From assembly GCA_949358305.1 (NCBI GenBank), contig OX442314.1, positions 29,574,001 to 29,638,000 of the forward strand: a DNA stretch of 64,000 bases. Reading direction: 5' to 3'. Below the pieces are notes generated by a model. That model made no database searches, was not told the origin of the DNA, and was given only the letters and a program-made list of their open reading frames with translations. Position numbers and translations under genes: made by a program. Of this stretch, positions 12,050 through 24,522 are shown piece after piece. The stretch is from Strigamia acuminata. Lineage: Eukaryota. Numbering within the stretch: position 1 is the stretch's first letter; each line of letters opens with the position of its first letter.

Positions 12050-12660
12050 GTGTCCGTATCGCATTGTTTTGCTTTGTTTGCAGTTGTTTGAGTTCTTTAC
12101 CAATGTGATAAGCGACTGTGTGAATGAATGCGTCTAGTATATTGGCTGAATTTTCTCCTCGCTGATGAGCGTTCATTTTTGACGACTTCCTGCGTTCGTT
12201 CCGGCATGGTCACTCGTTTTTTTCTATTTTTCTGACCGTTTTTGCTCGTTTTCCGCCTTTACTCCCGGGTTTCGGCACCAAATTCGCGTTCGCAAATCGT
12301 TTGGAGTGGTTGAAGCAGATTTGAGTTTTTATTTTGTCAAAAGTTGATGAAAGTTGAGTGTGTATTTTGTGTATTTTTTTTACTGAGCTTGGTTGGTGAT
12401 CCTTAAAGGCAGAATACCTGTGTGGGAAGTTAGGCTATGCAGCTGTGCGACGACTTTTCTGACTTCATCCAACCTTGCATTTGTATCGAGAAGTGGGATA
12501 ACCACAAAGAAATCTGTGGCAGATGTTGTTGGCGTTGAAACATTTAATGTAAAGCCGTGATCTGTTGGATGACTTTCTTGAGGATGCAAACTTTCCATAG
12601 AAACAGTATCTTATTCGGACAAGGTTGAGAAACAACTGGTATTGCCAGCTGGTCACCCAT
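12050..12660 (-). mobile_element. LTR-retrotransposon remnant: probable LTR, tRNA-Phe PBS and gag start
   Basis: Minus-strand TGGTGCCGAAACCCGGGA at 12263-12280, AATAAA about 50 nt upstream, then a short ORF MPERTQEVVKNERSSARRKFSQYTRRI. 12400-12660 resembles 23050-23240. Confidence 0.55.
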
Positions 12661-13875
12661 ATAAGTATCGGCCAGCGGCAAAGCCGCTCAGCTGTTGTTG
12701 TAATGGAAACAGCTGAATGTAAATTAAAGTTTTACATGACATTTGTTGTTTGTTATACTTCGGCCTCTACTGTTTGTTCTAATTTCTATATAATACTTTG
12801 ATTTGAGGGAATTTACTAGATACTCTCTAGAGTAATGACAAATGGTTGGAATAACAACTTTTCATTATACCAATGTGGTTTCAAATACAAAGGATATATC
12901 ATGATTTTCGAAATTGGGAAAGGAACAAAATTAGTATCAATTTGCTAATTGAATTTCCAGTCTAATAAGCAATAATCGATTTAATATATGGTTTCATTGT
13001 GGTGAAAACTTTTTATTTTATTTATTTAGCATTTGTAACTGATATGAGTGCACTGACACTGACCATCATTATGGGAAGATTATGTGTTTCATAAATCACC
13101 TTAATTTCTGTACATGACATCATACACTTTATTTGTTTTTCTGTCAGTGTGTGTCACTGGAGAAATTTGTTACCACCACTCTACACAATGTGAAACAGGA
13201 GAAAACGGATTGGAAAAATATTTTAAATTCAGTAAATTCCGATTGTATAAAAAAAGCACACGTCAGGTACTTGATTGGGAATAGTGGAGATATTTTTGAT
13301 AAATGGGTTGTTTCCAAAAATAATCCAAAAGTGTAATTCCCAACAAAATGATTGATGCAGGTGGAAGAAACAAGTTGGAGCTTGGTAGGAGCACATGCTA
13401 CATCACACTCCCTTTGGGGAGCAACTGCAAAGTGGAAAGATCACACATGTCTCTATAGATCAATTGATGGACTGAATGAGATCCATAGACTAAAGAAATA
13501 AGAATGACTTGTCAAGTGCCCTCTCCGTTCAAAGGAAATAGGAAAGGGGAAACATCTGTTGAAGAAGAAAAAAAGTATTGTTAGCTTTTTCTTTTTCTTT
13601 TTTTTTTCTCTTTTGGAATCGAGGGAAAATGAAGGTTTGTGATTGTGAGAAAAGAGAAGGGGGAAAAAAAAGTTTGTTTTAAGACAGTTATTTATGTTTG
13701 GAATAGTGTTTGTGGAATTGAAAGCTCGAATGGACTTATTTCTCATTTGTGCGATTCAAACAATACTGTCGGAAATATTGTTTGGTGCGTTACTGCCAGG
13801 TGGCGCTCTACCTCACTTGCGTTCATGTGAAAAATAGAATAAATCTTCACTTTTTGGTTTAGTCTCAATACATTA

Positions 13876-14341
13876 AGGGGTTTTATTAAATGAGCGATTA
13901 TTGTGATTAGTTGATTATTGCAATAATCGTAATCACTCAATTATTGAAGGCCCAACAAAAATCTGATTATGTGATTATTGCTCCAATGGGCGGAATTGTT
14001 TAAATTGTAACCTCAATATGTTACAATTGTTTAAAAAAAGTTCCTACAAATAATAATTGCAACTACCTAACTCGTTTCGTGTGTTCAGTTTAACCTAAAC
14101 TGAGCAGACTTTGTTAAATTATGACCTTGTGTATTTGAAGCGGGTCTGGCGCCGCCATGTTGGCTTCAGTTGAGAGAGCACTTATAATCGGCACAAGTCA
14201 GCAGAAAACCATGGTTTGGAATGATTACTTGATTAGTTGTTTAGTTGCTTATTTGATGAAATGATTATTCTCGGGATTGGTGGAATCCAGTCACATGACA
14301 CATCAAGTAATCGACTAATCAAAGTAATCAAAGTAATTAAC
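13876..14341. mobile_element. MITE copy (one TIR lost), inverted relative to 32419-32894
   Basis: Long reverse-complement match to 32419-32894; begins aggggttttattaaatgagcgatta. Confidence 0.88.
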
Positions 14342-15095
14342 TTGTGAGAAATGAAAGAGACAACCATTCGGTTTGATTGTCGTGACAAGACTGAACTTTA
14401 TTCTAAAATACAAAATGGCGTACACTGGGATTTTTGGTTGAATATCGCAGCTATTTAATTCACTAGCTGTTGTTTGCGATATATCGCACATGCAAATTAT
14501 TGCGAATTATTGCGAATTATTGCGAATTATTGCGATTATTGCGATTATATCGCGATATATCGCGAATGCAATTTATCGCAAAAAAATCGCAACAATCCAA
14601 TATCGCAATCGCATTCACAACAAAAATTAATCGCACAAGCCTACTGAAAAAACAACCATCCATCATAAATCATAGCAAATATTGTCCAACAATACGGTGT
14701 GTTCTGTACACAGTACTTTTAAAAAAATACCGCATCTCGTGGTAGTGGTAATGTACCACTGTTTTGGTACCATACAACTTTACTTTGACAAAATCTCAAA
14801 AGTGTAGAAACATCTTAAAAAAAAATGTAATAAAATGTAATAAAATCTAGCAAAATCTCGCACGATCTCGTACTGGTACATCGGCAGCAATCTACAAAAG
14901 TACTGAAGAGATTCAAAACGTACCAAAAACTCTACAATTTAGGAATGACTAGTAAATCAAACTTTGGACAAAAATTGATGAAAATCGCAAATATCTCGAG
15001 AACGAAAGCTCAGATTGTCAAAAACTAAACACCAAACGAAAGAGCGGAAAAAACCGCACCAGAACGGTTAATTAAACAACACTGCCCACAAATCA

Positions 15096-15195
15096 TACCG
15101 TATATTTTCCAATTGTGCCCCGTGCGCAATTTGCAAAAATAATATTTTTTCCGCGCGCTATTAGAGGCCCGCGGACAATTGGAAGGTATACGGTA
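15096..15195. mobile_element. Small Tc2-like MITE (TACCGTA...TACGGTA)
   Basis: Imperfect TIRs taccgtatattttccaattgt / acaattggaaggtatacggta. Similar elements at about 16693-16780 and 10760-10844. Confidence 0.7.
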
Positions 15196-17922
15196 ATTAA
15201 CATCTATTTAATCGAACAATGTGTACATTTTTTGAGACAACCTTCGTTCGCCTCCTTGTATTGTCGGGCCGGTTTTATTTGGGCCACCCGGTACTTAGCA
15301 AACAAAAGTCAAATCAATTACGTCGTGTTGATTAAACGCCCAAATTGATCTTGATTTTTAAGGGGTTCAAGTGGGAACTTGAAGCGGAAACTCAATTCAT
15401 GGGAAACGGAATTAATCGTAATTGGTGGAGGATTGAAGAGCTCAACGTTTGTCGAAAAATGAAAGAGCGTGTAAAAGGACCTTCTAGGTAATTGATGGGG
15501 GGACGAGAAACGTCAAGATAAGAGGCAATTTGTCCCAGATCAGTTTCCATTCACTGTTGTGGTTACTTTTTCTTTCTTATAATAATTTGTATTTTTGTTG
15601 CTAAATAATTTCTTGAGATGTGCCTTCTTAGTTCGGCTGTTTGTTCAATTCAGTTTTTCTATTTGCAAGGAGTTTAAGGTTTCAAAATTTAATTTAATAT
15701 TGTGATTAAATTAATAATGAAAGAGGTTTTTCTTTTTTCCTTAATAAAGATCTCTCCGCTCAATCTGCTTTGGGTGTTTGGGAATTGCACACTTGAGGCA
15801 GACTTTCAAAACATAACTGGAAAATTTAATCTTGTGATTTTGCGTTTAAAGTCGAATTCTGCATTCACTTGCACAAGATTAAAAGACCACTATTGGTCAA
15901 GACGTTTTCTAGTTTTGTGTGTAATCAATGATTTAGTATAACTTTTTATCTGTCACAAGACAGCACAATGGACAAAGTCTGGTTCACACCAGCAAGCAAA
16001 ACTACCAAGAATGCTTGCTTGCTTGCTTTTTGCTCCATTCCATAAGAGGAAAAATTTATTACTAAACTTTCGACTAAGATTCAAAAGTATTAGTCCGCCT
16101 TGAGCACCCATCTTCTCAGACTGGGACACAACTCGAAGAAGAACCACAATTCTGCGCGTCTGCATAAATTCATGGGTTGTATTTATTGGCACACTATTTA
16201 TTCTTTATTTTTCACTAAAAGTGATTTTATTCCACACTACTTTTTTCCGCACTATTTTTACTTTTTTCCACACTTCATCTAGCACATCCATTTCTATCAT
16301 TGTGCATTTTGTGTTAAACACAAGGGCACCACAGGTTAGGGGGTATTTACAAACTACAGGCGCTTCAGGAATCTTTGCGACCTGGAGTGACTAATGCGTC
16401 TGACGTAATTATTAACTCAGGTCGGTAAGTTTGTACTCACTTCTGGTGACTCACTATGTTAATGGCAGAGTCTATTTTTGTGTAATAGTGAGAGGAAGTG
16501 GATTTGCATGTCCTGTTTGAATAAAATAACCACTGTTCTAATGTAATCCACCGTGTATTACATAACGGGGTCAACATGGCCCAAAACACAAGGACATTTA
16601 ATACCCCAGGAATGGATCTATTACCTGTCAATCTCACTTTCAATAGATGCATTCAAAGTTAAAATCCAAATTTGACTTATCATATTCTGAGATACCGTAC
16701 TGTCTCGAATAAACGCCGGGTTCAAATAGGCGTTTATTGTATAGCGCGTCGCCCCAGTGTTCATTCAAGGCAGTACGGTAAGTGATCTAATTTGCATCAT
16801 TGAAGTGATAAGTTAATCCAAATAAATGGCTTATTGATAATTCACTCCAGTATGGCTTAATGATGCAAATTAGATCACTCTGACTTGTAGAACAATTCAG
16901 CCATATCAGTCAAATTACATACTGGCATGCAACTTTCAAATGACTTTAATTAATTCAGATTATTATAACTGAAATGTGAATTTTAACACCTATAATGTCT
17001 TGAAACGGGCAATCGTGACATCCATTCTTTATGCAATTTGAATAAAATACTACTGAATCAGATATCGATTAGATACAGTTATAAAACTGACAATTGAGGC
17101 CTGCTTAACCATAAAAATCTTTTATTCCACTTTATCTTGCAAGAGCAATGTTAAAGTGAGATTTGTTCCACCATTTAGAGATTACTTCCCAAGCAGTGGC
17201 ATCTGTAACACTGACATCTGGTTCAAATGCAAAGGAGTGAAATGCAGAAGGTCAAATGCAAAAGTGGGCCTTCAGAGCCATTACTTCTCATTTAATTTGC
17301 AGTAAAAAAAAAGAATGTGATTTACCTTTAAAGTGGGGAGTAGGATTGTTGTTTACACATTTCTCTAGATGTAGAATTTAATTGTACCTGTTTTTTCTTA
17401 TTATTATTAAAATAAATAAAAATGGAATCTTCTGAGCATTGGCACATTAAATAAATCTCCACTCTAACATTCATTATTGAATTTGTTGGTTTGTGCAAGA
17501 TGAATTGTTTGCAGAGCTATACAATTGAATTAATCTATATAGCTTTGGAAAAATAAGAATGGCACGAGCTCATTGCTTGGCAATCATGCAGGGGATTCAG
17601 ACAGCCAAAGAAAGAAAGAAAAAGTAGAATGTTTTTCTTTTTCTTTTTTTACATGAATTAGGCATTCATCTTCTGTATTCTGTATAGACGATTTCCACAT
17701 TTTGTTACTGCGCATGTGCAGTTGTTTTGTCACAAAACATTTAAAAATTGAATTTTGAATCGACAGTCAGTCTTCGCATGTGCATGACTGTCTGATTCGA
17801 ACTGATGACGCAGGGCAAGAAGTCTGCGACCATCATGCATTGCTTTAGGTTAACTACGTTTTTGGATTGCGATTATAAAATAATTACTACAACAATTTAA
17901 TTTTTTTCTCGATGATTATTGG

Positions 17923-18491
17923 TTTTAGACTTCTAAACCTGATGTTTAGAAAGTCTCATGAAACGGTTCTGTCTGTCTGTCCGTCCGTCCGTCCGTCCGT
18001 CCGTCCGTCCGTCGTCAACGATTCCGCAAAAACTATAGCAGCTAGAGCAAAACGGACAACGGCATTAAATTCAGCATGCTTATATTATTATTGTAAGGTA
18101 TTTTCAGATTTCTTGGACCTCCGGTTGAATTAATAAACCGGTTTTAGTGCACTTTTAGCCGTCTAATAATACTACTTCCGTCCTGCACAGGAAGTTGTAA
18201 CATTGTACTAGCGCCACCTGGCGGATCCCGTGAGCCATACGTTGCGATACGTTTTCCGCGCGATTTATTTCCCGATTGTAGCAAACCCGGATGCAACAAT
18301 TCCGCAGCATATCATTTCAAATTTTGGTGGGATTTTGTTTGTTGTTGCTTTATATTGGCAAAAAAAAAAAAATTTTTTTTTTTTTAAATTACTTTATTTT
18401 CTTTTATTTCGGTGTTTTATTTAGGGACAAAAGGACAGGGTTTAGAAGTCTAATATGTAATGCTTCCCTGCATTACAAATCCCAGCTTGTT
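17923..18491 (+). mobile_element. Helentron-associated non-autonomous element (DINE-1/HINE-like)
   Basis: Sub-terminal IRs ttagacttctaaacc (17925-17939) / ggtttagaagtctaa (18439-18453), a 5' internal IR, a (GTCY)n microsatellite near 17967-18012, a 3' hairpin tgtaatgc-ttccct-gcattaca (18456-18477) and T-rich flanks. Confidence 0.85.
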
Positions 18492-21151
18492 TTATTACGA
18501 GCTTTCAGAAAATGTAAAAATCCCACTCAATGCGCTTGATCTTTAAATACAGTATTAATAATTAAAATTAAAATTAAAATTAAAAATTTTAGAAGAGCAT
18601 TCTTTATTAAAATCAACATTTGCCGTAATCAGACGCTTATTGCCATCAGCCATGTTTTGTTCCATCCCTATTGTTTCGTATACTTTTTTTATATTAATGA
18701 ACTTATATTGAAAACATGACAGCTGAAGGCACATCTTCAAGTTACGCTGTTTAATTTGATATATAGTTTGTGTGTTAATAATCCTTTTATTAAAAAATGC
18801 CTTTGCCGTTGTTTGATATCCAGTTAAAGGGAATGTTTGTCCTGGTTTGCACATGCACAGGTATTACCATTTGGCGAGTCTAAGAGGTGCATTTTCCCTT
18901 TCACCAGTTGGATAAACTTGAGTAATTTGTACTTATTCTAAATGAATAATGAGGTTGTGATTAGATTATGCAAATGTGTGCACACATTTCAACACTAATT
19001 TAATTTCATGTAGAAATAAAAGAAATTTGGCAATGCGCCTTTAATTGAATACTTTCTTGATATTAAAGTCTTAGTGTTAGAGCATCTTTAAATTAAAACA
19101 TGTTTATATTCTACTATAAAGGTACTTAAACAAAGGATGTTAGTTCAGGTGCTGATAGTGGTCGTTTGATGAGATTAAACTTCATAGATATTTATCTCAG
19201 TGTAGTGGGGTTTGCAACTTGTAATCCAACTTGACATATTGACACTGGAATGGTTACCGTTCTGTTTTAATTCCATTGGGGGAATTGTTCTCTTCTCAAT
19301 CTCACACTGCAAATCCGCTTTATAATTACCATCGTTTGTATGGAGTAGAGCTGTCCTGACTTCCATGCGGACAGCTGGGGTGGGCTAAGGAGCAATTCTT
19401 TTTTGAGCTGTTGGGTTTGGACCGGATTTGAAGAATTTCTAATAGCCATATGTGCCCTTGATTTTTATGTTCATTAAACGTATTCAGTACTGCATTCAAA
19501 AATTAAAATATTTTGTGTTTTACTTAAATTTTAAAACAAAAATGACGTCATTTCTTGTCCTATTTTTCATGTTAAACTAAAATTGGTAAAAATACAAACT
19601 AAAATACACGTCCCGACTTTAATTGGTCGAGATACACTCGGGTCGGTTCATTTAGATAAAAACGGATAAGGTTAGGTCGGGAAGGTCAGGAAAAAAAAAC
19701 CCTTGAAGGCTTAGTGGAAACATAATGTCAAGAAAATGTGCAGCAAGGAAACAAACCGACATCAATAAATCTCAACCAATCACAGCGTGCCATTAGAATA
19801 ACATGTTTCACTTGAACGTAGCCACTGCCAAAAGTTAAGTACCACATGTCTCATCAAAATTAAATTACCAAAAAAATTAGCTTTCCTTATAATTTTTTAA
19901 CTTTTGATCCATCCCTACAAATACTGCACAATACTACAGCCAATACTTCTCAGACGATCACTTCTCGAATGGATCGTTTCTTCGAAAAATATTTGTCTGC
20001 GAAACGACGTATTCGAGAATCGTGGTCTTCGAAATGACTGTCTGAGAAGTGAAATTTGAAGAAGTGACCCAGACTCGCTGGAATAGACTGAGACTGAGTC
20101 TGATTGAGGAGGAGTGGCTCTGTCAAAAAGGATGTAATTGCCAGGCATTTTATTGTAATCAAGTGTGGGCCATGCTTTAAAGCAGAGCTTCCGACTTGCT
20201 CTAATGGCATGTTATGCACTCATTTTGCTGGTAATGGTAGAATAAATCATCAATGCACAAAGAGGGAGTTTTTAGATGCTTTTAAACTTGGCAGTTCTGA
20301 TAAGATGTCTTGTTTCTAATGACCTCTCTTCTGTACTTGGGGATGGGAGAACATACATGACTATAGCTCTTGATGACCGAGGTTGTTACTTCCCTATAGG
20401 ATTTTGCTACCGCCACGTATAAACTATAAATTTTTAGTTTTAGCTAAAATAAACTAATTTTCTAAAGTGAAATCGTAACTCTAAAATGACTAAGATTTAT
20501 TGAAATTGAAATCACTTGTTTGACTTATAGAAGTGAGTCTGAATTTTCAGGTTGTCACGTCGCAAACGAAATGATTCCGCCTGTGTGTTTGGCTGTGTCT
20601 TTTGGTGTGCGGAAATTGTTTGGTACACACAATCCGTGCAGGTGTTGTAATTACAAATGGCGACCACTTTTACAAAATATTGTAGTTTGATTGTGCAAAA
20701 TAAATGGATTACAGTATTTTTAAATTAATAATTAATAATAAATAATAAAATAAATTAATCAAACATTTTTAGTATTATCTGTCTTTGTATTCAGTGTCCA
20801 CCTCTGTCTTATGTACGACCGGTCACGATCAATCGCATTACCACAATGCTTTCTTGCTACTCAGAATTGTTTGTGCATGGAAACAATTGAATTTTTCCGT
20901 GCACCATCACTGCCAGAAAGAATAGAATTCCGGTGGCTAGAAAGTTTCCGTTTGTGATAAGCGAAACTATGTGTACCACGTCGACCAAAACTTCTGGCCG
21001 CTCACGGAAAGTGACCATTCGGTGCACGGAATCAGGTCATGTGTACTTAGCTTAAAGCAGGGAAATACGGTGTGTGGTTACCAGAGATCATTCAACACAG
21101 CTAGGGGTGTCACCTGTTGCGACAATTGAGTACTGCGACTTGATATACGAC

Positions 21152-21596
21152 CAGGGTCGGATTTACGTATAAACAAAATAAGCAATTGCCCCCACACATC
21201 GAGGGCCTTGGAAAATGATCACATAATTTCCCACGACAAAATGTTAGAATGATTTTGCTGTTTTTGACGTGTATGAATGTATTTAAATGGGAAATATAAT
21301 ATATAGTTTTAACTTTGTAAGTAATTTTTTTCTTTGTTGCATATGTATTTATATTTATTATGCTGTAAACAATAATTGATTTGATATATTCATCATCATT
21401 TATATTTTATATATGTGATTATTTCTGTAGAAATTATTTGCAAGACGTTGAAGAAAGTATGAAAGAACATACCGCGTACACAACTGAATTATTGATTATG
21501 AGTCGTAATAAATTATTATATATAACGAGATAATAATAAGTGTATTTTTTAGAAACATTTTGTGCTTAGAGTCCCCACAATACTTAAATCCGGCCT
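21152..21596. mobile_element. Degenerate hAT-like MITE
   Basis: Ends cagggtcggattta / taaatccggcctt. Confidence 0.55.
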
Positions 21597-22561
21597 TTTA
21601 TATGGCGAAAATTTAGTACTGCGACCTGAAACATGGCAAAAAGGTGTAATTTTACATATCTAACCTTCTCCATTTTTTTTATTTAATGCAAGAATGGGCT
21701 TTTGTTCATACGTGGTAAATTGATGTCGCAGGAGATTTAGTTGCCGTGGGTATGCGCTATTTCGCTTAAAATAAACGGAAGATGAGTCAACTTATGCCTC
21801 GGTCTCAAAAAAGCAGTTATTGAGTAAGAGTACTCGATGATGGTGCTGAAAATATTGTAAATCAGTTGCATGTGGTGGATTCCTATCTTGCAGGTGCAAC
21901 ACAGTTGCTTGCGGTGATGCAAGCAAGATTAGGCTCAGCTTTGAATTTTCAATTTGGTGTCTTACCGTATTTTTTTATTATCCCAGATCTTGAATCTGGG
22001 GAATTGAGATTCAATTTAAATTTCTGAGTGACAGGCAAGGCAACTTTGATTTTGATATGAACTCAGCATTCATCATGTGGGAAGGAGATGAGCTTACAGG
22101 GACTGAAAAAAGGAAGATAATTTAAAATATTTCATTTTTCTCTCATCAATTTTGCAACATATTGCAAGATTTTCAATTGGAAAAATGGTGCCATTGATTT
22201 TTATCAAAATTGACAATTAATTGTTCGTTCAAGGATGCTTTCAAAAGACTAAGAAAAAAATGTTTTGTTGTTGATTTATAATTTTTTAAATTACTAATAA
22301 AAATATATTTTTTTTCCAGGTTCAAGAATAGCTGGAAATTCAAGTTGAAATTCAGTTCAACAAGGTTGATCAGCATCATTTTTTTTATCAGCCTGCAAAA
22401 TCAGTTCTAAGGTAGGAGAAGTTACAGTATAATGTTTTTAAGGTCTATAGAACCAGTTGTTGGTTATTACAGTTGGGGTGTTCTGCACCCCAACTTTGGA
22501 ATGTGTTTATTTTGTTTACTTTATCCTGTGATGCCACTCAGCTGTGCATCACACCCCTGTA

Positions 22562-22858
22562 TGTGGAAACTGACGGTTTCCAAAGCGAATTAAATTAATT
22601 GTGTTTTTGACCACAGTGGTGCAGGTGTCTAAGACTTACCTGTAACCCATCTTATGCTATTTCTTAGAAAAAGGGGGACTTAATCCCTCTATTGTAATTC
22701 TGCACAAGAATAAAAATTCACAGTACTTTTTGTAAATGTAACTCAACAAGTCTTGCTTTTCTGGTGTCTACAAACTTTAGGTTAAATCCGACTCCATCAA
22801 TTGTTTCTTACGATACGTTTAAGAATTTCATTATATTCAAGTTACATGAGTAACTATA
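22562..22858 (+). mobile_element. Solo LTR of a BEL/Pao family related to 33489-39383
   Basis: Starts tgtggaaactgacggtttccaaag; shares aatccgactccatc and AATAAA with the intact LTR; flanked by 5-bp TSD ctgta (22557-22561, 22859-22863). Confidence 0.88.
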
Positions 22859-23469
22859 CTGTAGAAGCATAGAGATAAATCACTTCATTAGTTAAGCTCA
22901 CGCTTGCTTCGTCTGAAAACTCTCTCTAGCTTTGGGTACCACCAACAACAAGAAAGACACCACAACAGTTACATGGCAAAATTTGAGCCAAGGCTGAAGA
23001 ATTGACAAATTTGTGTGTCTGTAATGTTTTATGTGCTGTTTAAGTATGGTCATGGCCCTTAAGCAGAATTCTTGTGTGGGGGTTTAGGCCATGATCTGTG
23101 GGACGACTTTCTTAAGGACACAACCTTGCATTTGCATCGAGAGCAGTTGGAGGTGGGTGGCAGATGTTCTTCCTTTAAAAACCATACCTTACTCAGACAA
23201 GGATGAGAAACAACTAAGATTTCCAGCCAGTCACCCTTCCAAGTACCAATAAGCCCAATGCTGCTTAACGTCTGTGTTCTAATGGAAACAGGTGGCCAGC
23301 ATCGGCAGGCGTATTTCATTCTCGAAAGATTAATTCTCGTCTTCTTAAATCACTTAATGAAATGACTTAAAGGAGTGAATTTTCGATTGAACTACCAAAA
23401 TCTGAATTGAACTAAAACGATGGCTACCTATAACATGTGTTGACAACAGCCAATAGCAGGTGCGGAAGA

Positions 23470-23563
23470 GATAAGTCACTTTTATAAGTCAAAGAAGTGA
23501 TAAGTCACTTTTATAAGTCAAAGAAGTGATAAGTCACTTTTATAAGTCAAAGAACTGATAAGT

Positions 23564-23607
<44 letters not shown>

Positions 23608-23800
23608 CTTTTATTTATTTATTTATTTATTTATTTAAAAGACACTCCAGTGGAGTAGGATTACAGGTTTATGAAAGAGCTTGCTGGTTTAATAGGTGTT
23701 TGCCTATACGCTTATGAAGGTGGCGGCAGTCAAAGAAGTGATAAGTCACTTTTATAAGTCAAAGAAGTGATAAGTCACTTTTATAAGTCAAAGAAGTGAT
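23470..23800. repeat. 29-bp tandem repeat (aagtcaaagaagtgataagtcacttttat) interrupted by a retroposed insert
   Basis: About 3.3 units to the left and 2.5 units to the right of 23566-23727. Confidence 0.9.
23566..23727 (-). mobile_element. 5'-truncated non-LTR retrotransposon 3' end with (TAAA)n and poly(A) tail
   Basis: 42-nt poly-T plus (TTTA)n on the + strand. The minus strand reads RHLHKRIGKHLLNQQALS*, like a LINE ORF2 C-terminus. Flanked by a ~21-bp duplication. Confidence 0.65.
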
Positions 23801-23903
23801 TTCTAGTCCACTTAATTTTAATCCTCTTATTTGAATTCTTTCAAGTCGAATTCATAGAAACGTCATATCCTGTTTGGAGAAGTCATTTCAGATACGAATA
23901 GGT

Positions 23904-24522
23904 CAGGGGTCGGCAACCTATGCGGCTCTTTCGATGCCAAGGTGCGGCTCTCCAAGATGCGGCGTCGCTAAAACGTGCGTTGCTAAAACGAAGTACATTC
24001 ATATAACTGGAAGAATGTACTTCACTTTAGCGACGCCTGTTTTAGCAACGCCGTTTTTTAATCTAATTAAACCTAACCTGACCTAACCTAACCTAAACAA
24101 ACTAACTTAACCTGACCTAAACTAACCTTCCCTAGCTGAATCTAAGCAGCTGAAACACGGCATCGCTAAAGTAATATACCGTACCGCCCCGTTTAAACGC
24201 CCGGGTTTAATAAAGCGCCGGCCTCGTTTTAGCGCCGGGTAGTCATCGGCGGTTCAATGAATTGGTGCCGGGCCCCAAAAATTACCGTTTTTTTGTAAAA
24301 AATTGATGATTTTTGCCGAAAAATTGCCATATTTGCGAAAAATCGGCGAATTTTCGCTTATGCGCCGGTTCAATTTAGCGCCAGGTTTCAAATTGGCGCC
24401 GGGAAAGCGGCTGAAAAAAAAAATTAAACGCCCGGGCGTTTAAACGGTGGCTCTTTAAAAACTGGAAAATTATGTAAATTTTAACTTTTGGCTCTTCTGT
24501 CTCAAAAGGTTGCCGACCCCTG
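23904..24522. mobile_element. hAT (Charlie-like) MITE carrying nested MITEs
   Basis: TIRs caggggtcggcaacct / aggttgccgacccctg; perfect 8-bp TSD gaataggt (23896-23903, 24523-24530). Confidence 0.92.

Noticed and set aside
12263..12280. tRNA-Phe gene
   Set aside because: Only the 3' 18 nt including CCA match and there is no cloverleaf; better explained as a PBS.
23470..23800. CRISPR-like array
   Set aside because: Units are head-to-tail without unique spacers, in a eukaryotic context with no cas genes.
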